Part shown: in pieces, positions 43,394-53,403 of the stretch
How positions within the stretch are numbered: position 1 is the first letter of the stretch
Layout of the letters: each line of letters begins with the position of its first letter
Source of the DNA: Candidatus Adlerbacteria bacterium
Lineage (GTDB): Bacteria > Patescibacteriota > Minisyncoccia > Phycocordibacterales > SBAW01
Direction: 5' to 3'
DNA length: 64,000 bases
Assembly (NCBI GenBank): GCA_028286685.1
Contig: JAQBRA010000002.1
Span: forward strand, 1,073 to 65,072
Program-made: the position numbers and the translations under genes
Notes under the pieces: model-generated
What the model was told of the DNA's origin: nothing
What the model saw: the letters and a program-made list of their open reading frames with translations, nothing else
Databases searched by the model: none

Positions 43394-43480
43394 CGGAGGA
43401 GGTGAGATTCGAACTCACGGTGGAGTTTCCCCCACGCCACATTTCGAGTGTGGTGCCTTCGACCACTCAGCCACTCCTCC
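43394..43480 (-). tRNA. tRNA-Ser(CGA)
   Basis: Reverse complement starts GGAGGAG-TG-GCTGAGTGGTCGAAGGC. The anticodon loop is CTCGAAA, with a long variable arm, T arm GTGAG-TTCGAAT-CTCAC and discriminator G. Confidence 0.85.
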
Positions 43481-43551
43481 GTACCACGCAAAATAACACT
43501 TTTTTAACCTCTTTGCTATACTGGCTGCATTAGCCGCTTACCTGCATATAT

Positions 43552-43974
43552 ATGAACCGAGTAGTACATTTTGAGATACAGGCAGACGATCTGGACCGTG
43601 CGCAGAAGTTTTATGAGACAGCATTCGGCTGGACCTTCCAGCAGATGGGTCCCGAATACGGCAATTACCGAGTTATTACGACCGGCCCTGGCCCGGACGA
43701 AATGGCCGAAGGGGTCAAGATGGAAGACCTGGGCATTAACGGCGGAATGATGAAGCGCAACGCTCCGCTGCCCGCGGACGGCATGTCTCCCAACGCATTT
43801 ACCAGTGTTATGGGCGTGGGCGATATTGAGTCGATAATGCCTAAGATAGAGGCGGCAGGAGGCAAACCCCAGACCGACCTTATGGATGTGCCGAATGTCG
43901 GAAAGATCCGCTACTACAAGGATACCGAGGGCAATCTTTTTGGGATCATACAGCCGACAATGCGGGCGGCATAA
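43552..43974 (+). CDS. VOC (glyoxalase/bleomycin-resistance fold) family protein
   Basis: 140 aa with MNRVVHFEIQADDLDRAQKFYETAFGW and YYKDTEGNLFGI. Confidence 0.75.
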   Translation: MNRVVHFEIQADDLDRAQKFYETAFGWTFQQMGPEYGNYRVITTGPGPDEMAEGVKMEDLGINGGMMKRNAPLPADGMSPNAFTSVMGVGDIESIMPKIEAAGGKPQTDLMDVPNVGKIRYYKDTEGNLFGIIQPTMRAA

Positions 43975-44015
43975 TAATTGAAAAAAGCTCCAAAATGCGC
44001 TAAGGTTTTGGAGAT

Positions 44016-44088
44016 GCGCGGTTAGCTCAGTTGGTAGAGCATCCCCTTGACGTGGGGAGGGTCGCAGGTTCAAGTCCTGCACCGCGCA
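44016..44088 (+). tRNA. tRNA-Val(GAC)
   Basis: GCGCGGT-TA-GCTC-AGTTGGTA-GAGC-A-TCCCC-TTGACGT-GGGGA-GGGTC-GCAGG-TTCAAGT-CCTGC-ACCGCGC-A. Confidence 0.9.
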
Positions 44089-44091
44089 CAA

Positions 44092-44934
44092 ATGAAAGAC
44101 ATAGTCGTTTTATATCATCGCAACTGCCCGGACGGGTTTACGAGCGCCTATTGCGCTTGGAAAAAGTTTGGCGACCAGGCTGACTATATTGCCATGTCTC
44201 ATGGCCAAGAGCCGCCCCAAGGGCTTGAAGGCAAGGAAGTGTACTGCATCGACTACAGCTTTAAGAAAGACATCCTTCTTGATCTGGAGAAAAAGGTTAA
44301 GCGCCTGATAGTGCTCGATCACCACATGGGCGCCCGCGAGGCCGTCGAGGCCGTGCACGAGCACGTGTTTGATAACGACCGCTCCGGTGCCGGCATTGCA
44401 TGGCGATACTTCCATCCGGACGCGAGCGTGCCCCGGCTTGTCGACTACGTCGAGGATAACGATATAAATAAAAACAGCCTGACAAACATACGGGAAATAA
44501 CCACATTTATAAGCATCCAACCTTTCGACTTTAGCCACTTCGACAAGCTTGCGCAGAACATAGAGACCGAAGACGGCTTTAAAAATATTGTCGCGCAAGG
44601 CGGCGCCTATCTCGCCTACCTCGCAAGCCTGTGCGACTACTTGGCAACCAAGGCAGAGGAGGTAGAAATTGACGGACATCGCGTATTTGCCGTAAACGTC
44701 CAGGGCTCGCAGCTGGTGCGCGATGAGATCGGCCACAGGCTCTCGGCGCAAAAAGGCAGGCCGTTCGCCATCATCTGGTGCGAGGACTCGAAAGGCCGGG
44801 GCTTTTCCCTGCGCGGCGACGGCAGCGTAGACCTGTCCCTGCTGGCGCAAAAATACGGCGGCAACGGCCACAAAGGCGCCGCAAGCTTCAGGCTGCCGCA
44901 CGGCAACTCCCTCCCTTTTACGTACCTTGAATAA
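44092..44934 (+). CDS. DHH/DHHA1 family phosphoesterase
   Basis: The start is MKDIVVLYHRNCPDGFTSAY, with LDHH in the middle and a C-terminal GGNGHKGAASF (DHHA1 GGGH motif). The track ORF start at 44047 lies inside tRNA-Val. Confidence 0.75.
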   Translation: MKDIVVLYHRNCPDGFTSAYCAWKKFGDQADYIAMSHGQEPPQGLEGKEVYCIDYSFKKDILLDLEKKVKRLIVLDHHMGAREAVEAVHEHVFDNDRSGAGIAWRYFHPDASVPRLVDYVEDNDINKNSLTNIREITTFISIQPFDFSHFDKLAQNIETEDGFKNIVAQGGAYLAYLASLCDYLATKAEEVEIDGHRVFAVNVQGSQLVRDEIGHRLSAQKGRPFAIIWCEDSKGRGFSLRGDGSVDLSLLAQKYGGNGHKGAASFRLPHGNSLPFTYLE

Positions 44935-44941
44935 AGAAAGA

Positions 44942-44970
44942 GCGCCGACCCGAAGGTCGGCGCATTTTTT
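44942..44970 (+). terminator. Rho-independent terminator
   Basis: GCGCCGACC-CGAA-GGTCGGCGC followed by ATTTTTTG. Confidence 0.85.
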
Positions 44971-44971
44971 G

Positions 44972-46180
44972 TTATAGGAACTCCTTAAGGAACGCGTGCA
45001 CAGAACCCGGAGGAGTCATGCCGGAGTATCGCTCATCACCAATAACGATGCGATTGGGCTTCTTGTAGTAACTCGATTGGAGGTTGAAGGTGTAAACACC
45101 TTCTTCATCCGTACGCTGCAACCGGTCTTCCGGACGCTTGAGGCTCGACCAGAGAAAGTCGAGCGATTCGCTCCCGAAAGACGGCTCCCTATTTTGTATA
45201 TAGGGCGCCACCCGCGAGCCAGTAGCCAGCAGGAAGGTCGTCTGAGCATCGCCGCCGCCCCATAATCCGGCCCGAAGGTCGGTAAGGGTATCTCCGGCAT
45301 AGAAGAGGCGCAGGTCTTTTGTCGGTCGGCCGGCTGCTTTCGCAGACTCCGAAAACAGCCGGTTGATCATCTTCTCCTTTCTTGCTCCCCAAGGAATGAG
45401 GTAGAGCGTGTATTTGCTGTTTTCAGGATTATTCCGGTCGGGCCTGCTTTCATCTACAAGCGCAATACGAAGGGCGACCGAATGCCCTTCGGACTTCTTA
45501 CGTTCAATAGCGGAAACGAGCGCATTCATCTGGGCCAATCCGCTACTTCCTTTGAAGTCGAGCTGGAATCTGTATTCCAGCGGAGCGACGTCAGTCAGGT
45601 CTTGCTCGTAGTTACTCCTATTTTCTAAGGGAGACATGTACTCTCCCGCTTCAGGAAAGGTGTCCGCCAAGAAAGCCAGCATCGACAGGCGCCACGGCTC
45701 AGGCTTCGATGCTCCTTTCTTGGCAGCGTCGTGCTTGAGCAGATCGAAGTAGTTATGATCAACCATGTACCCGTGCCCGTTACGCAGGCAGATGCCGCTC
45801 CCGAAGCCGGCGGAAACATCCCAATCGAGAGAGTGGTCAAAAAACGAAACCCCCTCGAGCGGAACAGGCACGCGCCTGCCCGTTACCTGCTCAACGCCCC
45901 ACTTGGGCTCAGGTTCGAGGAAGCCGAGTTTTTTCGACGCTTGATAGACCGAGCTCGACATAGTGAGCGCAGGCGTACGGGCCGTTACAGCACCCGCCAC
46001 CAACCCTCTGTCCAAAAGCAGCTGGCGAACAGCCGCTCTGTCATTCAACTCATTCGAAGACGGAATCTTATCTCCCGTTGTAAATGTCCCATCAAGGTCG
46101 GTAAGCACCATGATGCCGCTTTCTTTTAACTTGGGGATATAGGAAGCTTTCCCATAAGGATCCCCCACCACGTCCGTCAT
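44972..46180 (-). CDS. HAD-superfamily hydrolase-like protein (large cap)
   Basis: 402 aa with motif I LTDLDGTF, motif II GAVTARTP, and a late YAGDTLTDL. Confidence 0.55.
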   Translation of the reverse strand: MTDVVGDPYGKASYIPKLKESGIMVLTDLDGTFTTGDKIPSSNELNDRAAVRQLLLDRGLVAGAVTARTPALTMSSSVYQASKKLGFLEPEPKWGVEQVTGRRVPVPLEGVSFFDHSLDWDVSAGFGSGICLRNGHGYMVDHNYFDLLKHDAAKKGASKPEPWRLSMLAFLADTFPEAGEYMSPLENRSNYEQDLTDVAPLEYRFQLDFKGSSGLAQMNALVSAIERKKSEGHSVALRIALVDESRPDRNNPENSKYTLYLIPWGARKEKMINRLFSESAKAAGRPTKDLRLFYAGDTLTDLRAGLWGGGDAQTTFLLATGSRVAPYIQNREPSFGSESLDFLWSSLKRPEDRLQRTDEEGVYTFNLQSSYYKKPNRIVIGDERYSGMTPPGSVHAFLKEFL

Positions 46181-46347
46181 TTAACCCCTCCCAAAGAGCA
46201 AGCTGGAATACGGCTACACTCTACCCATTACTTGATACACAACAATATCCGCTTTCAAGCTTACTGGATAGAACCTGTGATCTACATGAAGCCGTTAGAA
46301 TAAGCAAAAACCCTTGAAATAAGTGATTTTTGTGGTATTTTGGTGTT

Positions 46348-47460
46348 ATGAAAGTGCTCGCCATAGAGACCTCCTGCGACGAGACCGGCATTGCCCTGGT
46401 GGAAGGCCGCCGCACTCCGGCAGGCATGGAATTTAGCACCCTCAAGGCGGCATTGGTCAGCCAGGCCGCTCTGCATGCACCGTACGGAGGAGTCTTCCCC
46501 ACTTTGGCCAAGCGCGAACACACAGCAAGTCTGCCAGTACTGTTTGAGCAGTTTAAAGATGAAGATTTTGACGCCATTGCGGTCACCCAAGGACCGGGAC
46601 TCGAGCCGGCGCTCTGGACCGGCATCGAGTTTGCAAAAAAAATTGCAAGCGACTTTAAGAAGCCCCTCTTGCCCGTCAATCATATGGAGGGCCATATTAT
46701 TTCCTCGCTCGCACGGCCGGTTACCAGCCCCGATACTCATTCTAGTATTCTGCAGAACACTAGGGTACTAAGCGATGCGCAGTTTCCAATACTCGCCCTG
46801 CTCGTCTCCGGCGGACACACCGAATTTGTCCTGATGCGCGACTGGTTTCAATACGAGCTTATCGGCCGCACGCTCGACGATGCCGTGGGCGAAGCGTTCG
46901 ACAAGGTGGCCCGCATGATCGGAGTCCCCTACCCGGGCGGGCCGCAAATCTCCAAGCTCGCGCAGGGCGCCCGTGTCCGGTCCTTAAAGTCCGACATCAA
47001 GCTTCCACGCCCTATGCTCCATGCCGACTCCTGCGACGTATCCTTCTCGGGCCTTAAGACCGCGGCACTCTACGCTTTGCGCGACCGCGGCGGCGTACAA
47101 AAACTCTCAGGCGACGAAATATCGGCCTTTGCCGCCGAGCTTGAGGATGCCATTGTCGAAGTCTTGTGCGCCAAGACGCGCCGCGCGCTGGAGCAAACCG
47201 GCGCCAAGACCTTGGTCATAGGCGGGGGTGTGGCAGCCAACCGCTACTTGCGCGAGGAACTGCAGAAAATGGTGCTTGAGGATTTTAACGATGTCGAATT
47301 CCGCCTCCCGGAGCTTTCCATCACCGGGGACAACGCCATTATGATTGCCGAGGCGGCCCTCGCCCACCTCCTTATGGGCGACTGGCAGCTCGACCAGTCC
47401 GGCACAGATCTGGATTTTAAGGCTCAGGGCAACCTTTCTCTAGCCCAAAAAGTGTTGTAA
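46348..47460 (+). CDS. tsaD: tRNA N6-adenosine threonylcarbamoyltransferase TsaD
   Basis: MKVLAIETSCDETGIALVE, NHMEGH, LLVSGGHT and GPQISKLA. There is an about 20-aa insertion before LLVSGGHT. Confidence 0.9.
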   Translation: MKVLAIETSCDETGIALVEGRRTPAGMEFSTLKAALVSQAALHAPYGGVFPTLAKREHTASLPVLFEQFKDEDFDAIAVTQGPGLEPALWTGIEFAKKIASDFKKPLLPVNHMEGHIISSLARPVTSPDTHSSILQNTRVLSDAQFPILALLVSGGHTEFVLMRDWFQYELIGRTLDDAVGEAFDKVARMIGVPYPGGPQISKLAQGARVRSLKSDIKLPRPMLHADSCDVSFSGLKTAALYALRDRGGVQKLSGDEISAFAAELEDAIVEVLCAKTRRALEQTGAKTLVIGGGVAANRYLREELQKMVLEDFNDVEFRLPELSITGDNAIMIAEAALAHLLMGDWQLDQSGTDLDFKAQGNLSLAQKVL

Positions 47461-47469
47461 ATTAAGCCC

Positions 47470-49626
47470 ATGCCGGAGAAATTCCTCAAGCCCTACGACG
47501 CCCAGGCCTCAGAGGCCTCTATATATAAGACATGGGAGGAGTCGGGCTACTTTAACCCCGACAACTTGCCGCCGCTCCAAGACGGCTCTGCGCGCACCGA
47601 GCCTTTTTCCATAGTATTGCCGCCACCTAACGTTACCGGCACGCTCCACCTGGGCCACGCCTCCATGCTGGCAGTCGAAGACATTTTAGTGCGCTACAAC
47701 CGCATGAAGGGCAAGAAGGCGCTTTGGATACCGGGCACCGATTCGGCGGCAATCGCCACCCAGAGCAAGGTTGAAAAGGAAATCCAAAAGAGCGAGGGCA
47801 AATCCCGCCACGATCTGGGGAGAGACGAGCTCCTCAAACGCGTGGACGCCTTTGCCGAAGAGAGCAAAACAACTATCGTCAACCAAGTTAAGCGTATGGG
47901 CTCCTCCCTGGACTGGAGCCGCTATGCCTACACGCTCGACGATAAGCGCTATAAGGCGGTCATGGAGGCGTTCGTGCGCATGTACGACGCTGGGCTCATT
48001 TATCGCGGCAATCGCATAGTTAACTGGGACCCCAAGGGCCAGACGACTATTTCCGATGACGAGATAGTGCACGAGGAGCGCACGGCAAAACTGGTCACGT
48101 TTAAATACTCCAAAGACTTCCCCATCGCCGTCTCTACCACTCGACTTGAGACCAAAGTGGGCGACACGGCGGTCGCGGTGCATCCGGACGATGCTCGCTA
48201 CCAGGAATTTGTAGGAAAAGAATACGACGCGACCTTTTGCGGCGTGCCTTTGCATATAAAAATTATCGCCGACAAGGAAGTCGATCCGGAATTCGGCACC
48301 GGCGCCTTGGGCGTTACTCCCGCGCATTCCCAAACCGACTGGGAGATAGCCGACCGGCATAATATTGCCGCGCGCCCCCAAGTAATAAACGAGTACGCAA
48401 AGATGACCGTCGAGGGACCGCTCAGCGGCAAAAAAGTTCTTGAGGCCCGCGAAACAGTCTTGGAATGGCTCAAGACTGAAGGTCTTTTTATTGAAGAGAA
48501 GGATATCCAGCAAAACGTCTCGACTGCGGAGCGCACCGGCGGCATTATCGAGCCCTTGCCGAAGCTGCAGTGGTTCATAGACGTCAACAAGCCTATAGCC
48601 GAGCGCGGCGACAAATCACTTAAAGAGCTTATGCGCGAGGCGGTAGCATCCGGCGGAGTCATGATCACTCCTAGCCACTTTGAAAAGATTTATTTCCATT
48701 GGATAGAGAATCTGCGCGACTGGTGCATTAGCCGCCAGATCTGGTTCGGGCACCGCATACCCGTCTGGTATAAGGGTACTGAGACCTACGTAGGCATAGA
48801 GGCGCCCGAGGGTGAAGGATGGGGTCAGGATCAAGACACGCTCGACACGTGGTTTAGCTCGGGTCTGTGGACCTTCTCCACCTTGGGCTGGCCGGAGGAG
48901 ACGGAGGACCTAAAAACCTTCCACCCTACCTCAGTCCTTGAGACCGGCTACGACATCCTCTTCTTCTGGGTAGCGCGCATGATACTCATGAGCAGCTTTT
49001 TGATGAAAGAAGTGCCGTTTAAGAACGTATACCTCCACGGCCTCGTGCGCGACGGCCAAGGCCGCAAGATGAGCAAGTCTTTGGGCAACATTATCGACCC
49101 GTTGGATATGATAAATAAGTACGGCGCCGATGCCGTACGCCTTTCGCTTATCGTGGGCGCTGCCCCAGGCAACGATATCCGTCTCGATGAGAACCGCATA
49201 CGCGCCTACAAGAACTTTGCCAACAAGGTATGGAACATTACCCGCTTCGTGCTCGAGAGCGCACAGGAAGCAGATGCCATCGTTGATTCCCCCATCAATC
49301 CCGCAGACGAGAGCCTTATAGCCGAAGCAAAAGTCATGGCCCAAGAAGTTGCCAAGCATATAGACACCTTCCGCCTCGATTTGGCTGCCGATGCCGCCTA
49401 CCAGTTTATCTGGCACCGCTTTGCCGACGAAGTGCTGGAGGAGAGCAAACCGCTCTTGCGCGGGGACGACAAGGTCCGCGCGGCCTCCCGCGCTGCAGCG
49501 CTTCTGCAGTCGCTCGATATACTCCTAAAGGCGCTTCACCCGTTTATGCCGTTTGTAACCGAGGAAATCTGGAAGGACATGCCTTCTCGTAAAGATTTGC
49601 TTATGGTCGAAGCGTGGCCTTCCTAA
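47470..49626 (+). CDS. valS: Valine--tRNA ligase (short form without C-terminal coiled coil)
   Basis: 718 aa with PPPNVTGTLHLGHA (HIGH), an editing domain and KMSKSLGN (KMSKS). Confidence 0.93.
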   Translation: MPEKFLKPYDAQASEASIYKTWEESGYFNPDNLPPLQDGSARTEPFSIVLPPPNVTGTLHLGHASMLAVEDILVRYNRMKGKKALWIPGTDSAAIATQSKVEKEIQKSEGKSRHDLGRDELLKRVDAFAEESKTTIVNQVKRMGSSLDWSRYAYTLDDKRYKAVMEAFVRMYDAGLIYRGNRIVNWDPKGQTTISDDEIVHEERTAKLVTFKYSKDFPIAVSTTRLETKVGDTAVAVHPDDARYQEFVGKEYDATFCGVPLHIKIIADKEVDPEFGTGALGVTPAHSQTDWEIADRHNIAARPQVINEYAKMTVEGPLSGKKVLEARETVLEWLKTEGLFIEEKDIQQNVSTAERTGGIIEPLPKLQWFIDVNKPIAERGDKSLKELMREAVASGGVMITPSHFEKIYFHWIENLRDWCISRQIWFGHRIPVWYKGTETYVGIEAPEGEGWGQDQDTLDTWFSSGLWTFSTLGWPEETEDLKTFHPTSVLETGYDILFFWVARMILMSSFLMKEVPFKNVYLHGLVRDGQGRKMSKSLGNIIDPLDMINKYGADAVRLSLIVGAAPGNDIRLDENRIRAYKNFANKVWNITRFVLESAQEADAIVDSPINPADESLIAEAKVMAQEVAKHIDTFRLDLAADAAYQFIWHRFADEVLEESKPLLRGDDKVRAASRAAALLQSLDILLKALHPFMPFVTEEIWKDMPSRKDLLMVEAWPS

Positions 49627-49659
49627 ATTGCCCCAAAGGGGCTGTGCTATACTTTTTTT

Positions 49660-50346
49660 ATGTCCGGTGTGGCTCTTCTTATCGCCGTTGTGGGCGGGAT
49701 ACTGCCCGCGCTGCTGTGGCTCACGTTCTGGCTCATGGAGGACCGCTGCGACCCCGAGCCCAAGCGCTACATATTCTTCTGCTTTATCGGCGGCATGGTA
49801 GCGGTCCCGCTTATACTCCCTATCGAGCAGTATGTGGCGCATTACCTGGCGGGGACGCAGCTTTTGCTGGCCTGGGCAACGCTTGAGGAGTTGTTTAAAT
49901 TCGCTGCGGCGTACGCGGCCGCACTGCGCTTCAGGGTCTTTGACGAGCCTCTGGACGGCGTTATATACCTGGTTACGGCGGCGCTCGGATTCTCCGCGCT
50001 TGAAAACGTATTCTTCCTCCTCTCACCAGTCGGCGACGGCGATCTTTTGCGCACCATAGTCACGGGTGACTTGCGCTTTATCGGCGCAACGCTCTTGCAC
50101 ACGCTTTCATCTGCAACTATCGGCGTTGCGCTGGCGCTTTCGTTCTACAAGAGCGTGGCGCTGCGGAAATTCGCCGCATTCGCGGGAGTTATCCTTGCGG
50201 TCGCATTGCATACGCTCTTTAATTTTTTTATACTTACAAGCGGCAAGGGGTCGACCTTTATGGTCTTCCTCGCCATCTGGCTTGGCATCGTAGTACTCCT
50301 CTTTACCATAGAGCAGGTCAAGCAGCCGGCGCGCGACTACTGTTAG
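49660..50346 (+). CDS. PrsW-family intramembrane metalloprotease
   Basis: 228 aa, multi-pass, with EELFKF and HTLFNF motifs. Confidence 0.75.
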   Translation: MSGVALLIAVVGGILPALLWLTFWLMEDRCDPEPKRYIFFCFIGGMVAVPLILPIEQYVAHYLAGTQLLLAWATLEELFKFAAAYAAALRFRVFDEPLDGVIYLVTAALGFSALENVFFLLSPVGDGDLLRTIVTGDLRFIGATLLHTLSSATIGVALALSFYKSVALRKFAAFAGVILAVALHTLFNFFILTSGKGSTFMVFLAIWLGIVVLLFTIEQVKQPARDYC

Positions 50347-50367
50347 CTAACTATCCCTATATTATTT

Positions 50368-50880
50368 ATGGCACGAGAAAGGCGATCATTGTTTGAGTGG
50401 CTTACGGGGAGCCAAGGCGAAGCGGACTACTCTTTTGACGAACTCGAGCAAGGCGGCGCCTCTTTTGCCGCAACCCCGGCCCGCGGAGGCCGCGTCCCGG
50501 TCCATTCACCAAGCGCTCCCATGCCCCTGCAGGAGCCCGAGGAGGAACCAGCGGGAGAATTGGCCGTCGATGTCTACCAGACCCCGACCCATATCGTCAT
50601 TAAAGCCATGATAGCTGGCGTTAAGCCTGATGATCTCGACGTTTCCATAACCCGCGATATGGTTACTATCCGCGGCAAGCGCGAGCGCCATACCGAGGGT
50701 ACTGCAGGCGACTTTTTCTTCCAGGAACTCTACTGGGGCGCTTTTAGCCGCACCATCGTCCTGCCCCAGGAGGTGGAGATAGAAGAGGCTGAGGCTTCCG
50801 AGAAGCACGGCCTCCTCATTGTGCGCCTCCCCAAGCTCGACAAGGGCCGCCAGGCAAAACTCAAGGTCAAATCGAATTAG
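50368..50880 (+). CDS. Hsp20/alpha-crystallin small heat-shock protein
   Basis: 170 aa with the ACD LAVDVYQTPTHIVIKAMIAGV...GAFSRTIVLPQEV...HGLLIVRLPK. Confidence 0.85.
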   Translation: MARERRSLFEWLTGSQGEADYSFDELEQGGASFAATPARGGRVPVHSPSAPMPLQEPEEEPAGELAVDVYQTPTHIVIKAMIAGVKPDDLDVSITRDMVTIRGKRERHTEGTAGDFFFQELYWGAFSRTIVLPQEVEIEEAEASEKHGLLIVRLPKLDKGRQAKLKVKSN

Positions 50881-50890
50881 GTTCTAGCCA

Positions 50891-50930
50891 TAAAGTAAAA
50901 GACCTGCCGCAGGGCAGGTCTTTTACTTTA
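50891..50930. terminator. Bidirectional terminator
   Basis: TAAAGTAAAAGACCTGCC-GCAG-GGCAGGTCTTTTACTTTA is an 18-bp perfect stem between hsp20 (+) and tRNA-Phe (-). Confidence 0.8.
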
Positions 50931-51006
50931 TGGTGCTTGGGGCCGGGCTCGAACCGGCGACATCTTCCTCTTCAGGGAAGCGCTCTACCAACTGAGCTAC
51001 CCAAGC
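50931..51006 (-). tRNA. tRNA-Phe(GAA), CCA encoded
   Basis: Reverse complement GCTTGGG-TA-GCTC-AGTTGGTA-GAGC-G-CTTCC-CTGAAGA-GGAAG-ATGTC-GCCGG-TTCGAGC-CCGGC-CCCAAGC-A-CCA. Confidence 0.9.
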
Positions 51007-51049
51007 AATAAGACCAGCTTATCAAAAAGCGGGACTTTAGGCCACTGGC

Positions 51050-51334
51050 CTAGCGGCTAGTCGAAGTCCCGAAATACTGGCCGAAAAAGCTCCGTGCCTG
51101 CTGCTCAAAACCCTGTGCCGAGTCGTACAAGCCTAATACCTGATGAACGTAGGGCTGCACATAGGCGTAATAGGTGTACGCCGAGACGCTGAATATAAGC
51201 ACCCACCATATGACGGCCACAAACGTATGCCAGCGCTGGTTGCGGCGCATGGCATGGACCACCTTGTTGGTGTCCTGGCTTAAGAGCGTATTGCGGCGCA
51301 CCAGCTCTTTAAGCTCCTCTATCTCCGTATCCAT
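51050..51334 (-). CDS. Hypothetical single-pass membrane protein
   Basis: 94 aa with an N-terminal coiled segment and a TM WHTFVAVIWWVLIFSVSAYTYYAY. Confidence 0.5.
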   Translation of the reverse strand: MDTEIEELKELVRRNTLLSQDTNKVVHAMRRNQRWHTFVAVIWWVLIFSVSAYTYYAYVQPYVHQVLGLYDSAQGFEQQARSFFGQYFGTSTSR

Positions 51335-51357
51335 GCCCTAAATTGTATCACGCACAG

Positions 51358-52245
51358 CTACTTGTCCTTAAAAAAATCCTCGAGCCCCAGCTGCGTCGCC
51401 TCGGCCATGGCATTGAGTGTGCTCTCGCGCAGGAGCGGGTCTTGGATGCGGCGCTCGTATATGTAGGAATATTCCACCAACACACTTGCGGCCTCCAGCG
51501 TATTGTATGCGCCTATGGCGATAAGCTCTTGGTCTTCCACCAGACCCGCGCTTTCGCCCGGCAAGGTGCTCGGGTAGGTTACATCCATAAGGCGGTCCCG
51601 CAGGGCCTCTCCGACCGCCCAGGAGCCCCGCGCGTTGCCAAACTGATTCTCGGGCGTGTAGATAGTAAAGCCGGTGTACGGAGCCGGGTAGTTAAGATCG
51701 TAGCGCGCCGTATCGTTGAAATGCACATGCAAGACGAGATCGAACTCCTCGTCATTGGACCACTTATTGATGCCGTAGAGCCTGAGCGCCGCTTCGCTGG
51801 CGGCGGTCCCATGCGGCACGCCGCTCGCAGATTCAAGATTCCCCGACTCCAAATGACGCTCCATGCGGTCCTTGTAGCGCGCGATGAAATCCTCGGTCTG
51901 CTCCCGTCGATCGGTAAAATATTCAAGGAGGTCGGGGTCGTACCCCTCTTCGGTACGCGCCATGCGCACCTCCAAGTTCTTATTATCCCCCAAGAGGTCC
52001 TTAATTTTTTCTGCAAGTTCAAGATTTAGGTCAGCCTCGCGCAGGCCGGCAAAGGAGGTGCCACTAAACTGATCGTCATGCCCGGCAACAATGAGCACCT
52101 TAAAATCGCCCTTGCCCTTCTGTGCATCCTTATATGCCTTATGGAGGATTGCCGGCGTCGAAGTGTCCTTGTAGGCGGCGGCAAAGGCCTGGCCTGCAGG
52201 CAAAATAAGCAGGGCCGCGGCGACCAACACTAACAAGCGCTTCAT
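51358..52245 (-). CDS. N-acetylmuramoyl-L-alanine amidase (Amidase_3-like)
   Basis: 295 aa with a signal peptide, VLIVAGHDDQFSG, READLNLELAEKI and LVLHVHFN. Confidence 0.65.
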   Translation of the reverse strand: MKRLLVLVAAALLILPAGQAFAAAYKDTSTPAILHKAYKDAQKGKGDFKVLIVAGHDDQFSGTSFAGLREADLNLELAEKIKDLLGDNKNLEVRMARTEEGYDPDLLEYFTDRREQTEDFIARYKDRMERHLESGNLESASGVPHGTAASEAALRLYGINKWSNDEEFDLVLHVHFNDTARYDLNYPAPYTGFTIYTPENQFGNARGSWAVGEALRDRLMDVTYPSTLPGESAGLVEDQELIAIGAYNTLEAASVLVEYSYIYERRIQDPLLRESTLNAMAEATQLGLEDFFKDK

Positions 52246-52283
52246 AAAGCCAGTATAGCAGGTGCCTACCTGAAGATTTTATG

Positions 52284-52355
52284 TGCCCTTAGCAGGAATT
52301 GAACCTACATCTTCTCCTTAGGACGGAGTTGCTCTATCCGTTGAGCTATAAGGGC
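52284..52355 (-). tRNA. tRNA-Arg(CCT)
   Basis: Reverse complement GCCCTTA-TA-GCTC-AACGGATA-GAGC-A-ACTCC-GTCCTAA-GGAGA-AGATG-TAGGT-TCAATTC-CTGCT... The acceptor 3' strand is TAAGGGC-A. Arm boundaries are approximate. Confidence 0.8.
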
Positions 52356-52371
52356 TTTCTGTTTTTACGAC

Positions 52372-52393
52372 AAAACCGGCTTTCGCCGGTTTT
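52372..52393 (-). terminator. Terminator after glutaredoxin gene
   Basis: AAAACCGGC-GAAA-GCCGGTTTT in minus sense. Confidence 0.7.
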
Positions 52394-52420
52394 GAGTATG
52401 CTACAGATTCGCCTTTTGGG

Positions 52421-52663
52421 CTACGCCTCGATCCCGAGCTTGCCAGCCACCTTGGCGCGGTCAAAGCCCACCATCATCTCATCGCCGATAACGATAACCG
52501 GGACGCCTAGCTGGCCGGTCATCTGGATCATCTCCTCGCGCTTTGCGGCGTCGGTTGAGACGTCGTAGCCGGTGTACTCAATGCCCTTTTCGGCAAAGAA
52601 ATCCTTGGCCATCTCGCAGAAGTGGCAGGTCGGCGTGCTGTAGATAGTAACGGTCTTTTGCAT
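52421..52663 (-). CDS. Glutaredoxin-family protein (NrdH/Grx-like, CHFC)
   Basis: 80 aa with VTIYSTPTCHFCEMAKDFF and GVPVIVIGDEMMVGFD. Confidence 0.85.
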   Translation of the reverse strand: MQKTVTIYSTPTCHFCEMAKDFFAEKGIEYTGYDVSTDAAKREEMIQMTGQLGVPVIVIGDEMMVGFDRAKVAGKLGIEA

Positions 52664-52714
52664 AAATCCTTGGTTATTTGCTAGTAACTCCAGTATATCA
52701 CGCAGGCTCTTAGG

Positions 52715-53341
52715 CTAGAATCCGAGCTTTTCCTTAACTAAGATCACGTGGATCTTCCGGCCAGTAAAGCCGACATTCTCCTTGTGGAACACGAACACTT
52801 TGTTAACCGCAGTACCTGCCTCGGGGCCGTATACTTTCTTCATGCGCGCATCCTCCAGGGGCACCACATGGTCTAGGAGGCGCTTGTAGGTATCAGCCAG
52901 GGTCGGCACGATCTTTTGGGCACCCACTACGAAGACGACATTGGGCGAGCTATACACGATGTGCGGCAGCTGGCTTCCGGTGTTAGAGGCAATAAGCATC
53001 TCGCCGGTCTCCGAAAGCGCGTGCACCGAGCCTGCGTAATATTCGGAAGTGAGAGCTTGGCGGCGCAACTCCTTCTGCTTTTCAGCATCCGCCTCGGAAA
53101 CAATGCCCGCATGGAGATTGTCCCAGCCATGACCCTCGGCCTTAAGGTGATCGATAAAGCCGATCTCTTCAAGGGTTGCAGACGCGCCGTTCATGACTGA
53201 AGCGCCCTGAGGAATAAGCTCCTTAACCTTTGCCAAAGCCTCTTCCTTGGTAGCCACGACTACCGGCTCGAAGCCGCGCTCCTTAAGCCCTGCGACTGTC
53301 TTAGTAATCGACTCTTCTGATGCCAATTGTGTGTAATCCAT
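52715..53341 (-). CDS. LUD-domain (lactate-utilisation B/C-like, DUF162) protein
   Basis: 208-aa YkgG-like layout with GASVMNGASATLEEIG and VVFVVGAQKIVP. Confidence 0.6.
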   Translation of the reverse strand: MDYTQLASEESITKTVAGLKERGFEPVVVATKEEALAKVKELIPQGASVMNGASATLEEIGFIDHLKAEGHGWDNLHAGIVSEADAEKQKELRRQALTSEYYAGSVHALSETGEMLIASNTGSQLPHIVYSSPNVVFVVGAQKIVPTLADTYKRLLDHVVPLEDARMKKVYGPEAGTAVNKVFVFHKENVGFTGRKIHVILVKEKLGF

Positions 53342-53403
53342 AGATTCAGTATATACCGATACTTTACATTGTAAAGTAGTAGGCGCTGTGATACGATTAT
53401 TTT

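Noticed and set aside
44110-44901. 263-aa minus ORF antisense to the DHH phosphoesterase, and 43516..44091(-) crossing tRNA-Val
   Set aside because: One is antisense to a motif-bearing gene, and the other overlaps a tRNA and the VOC gene.
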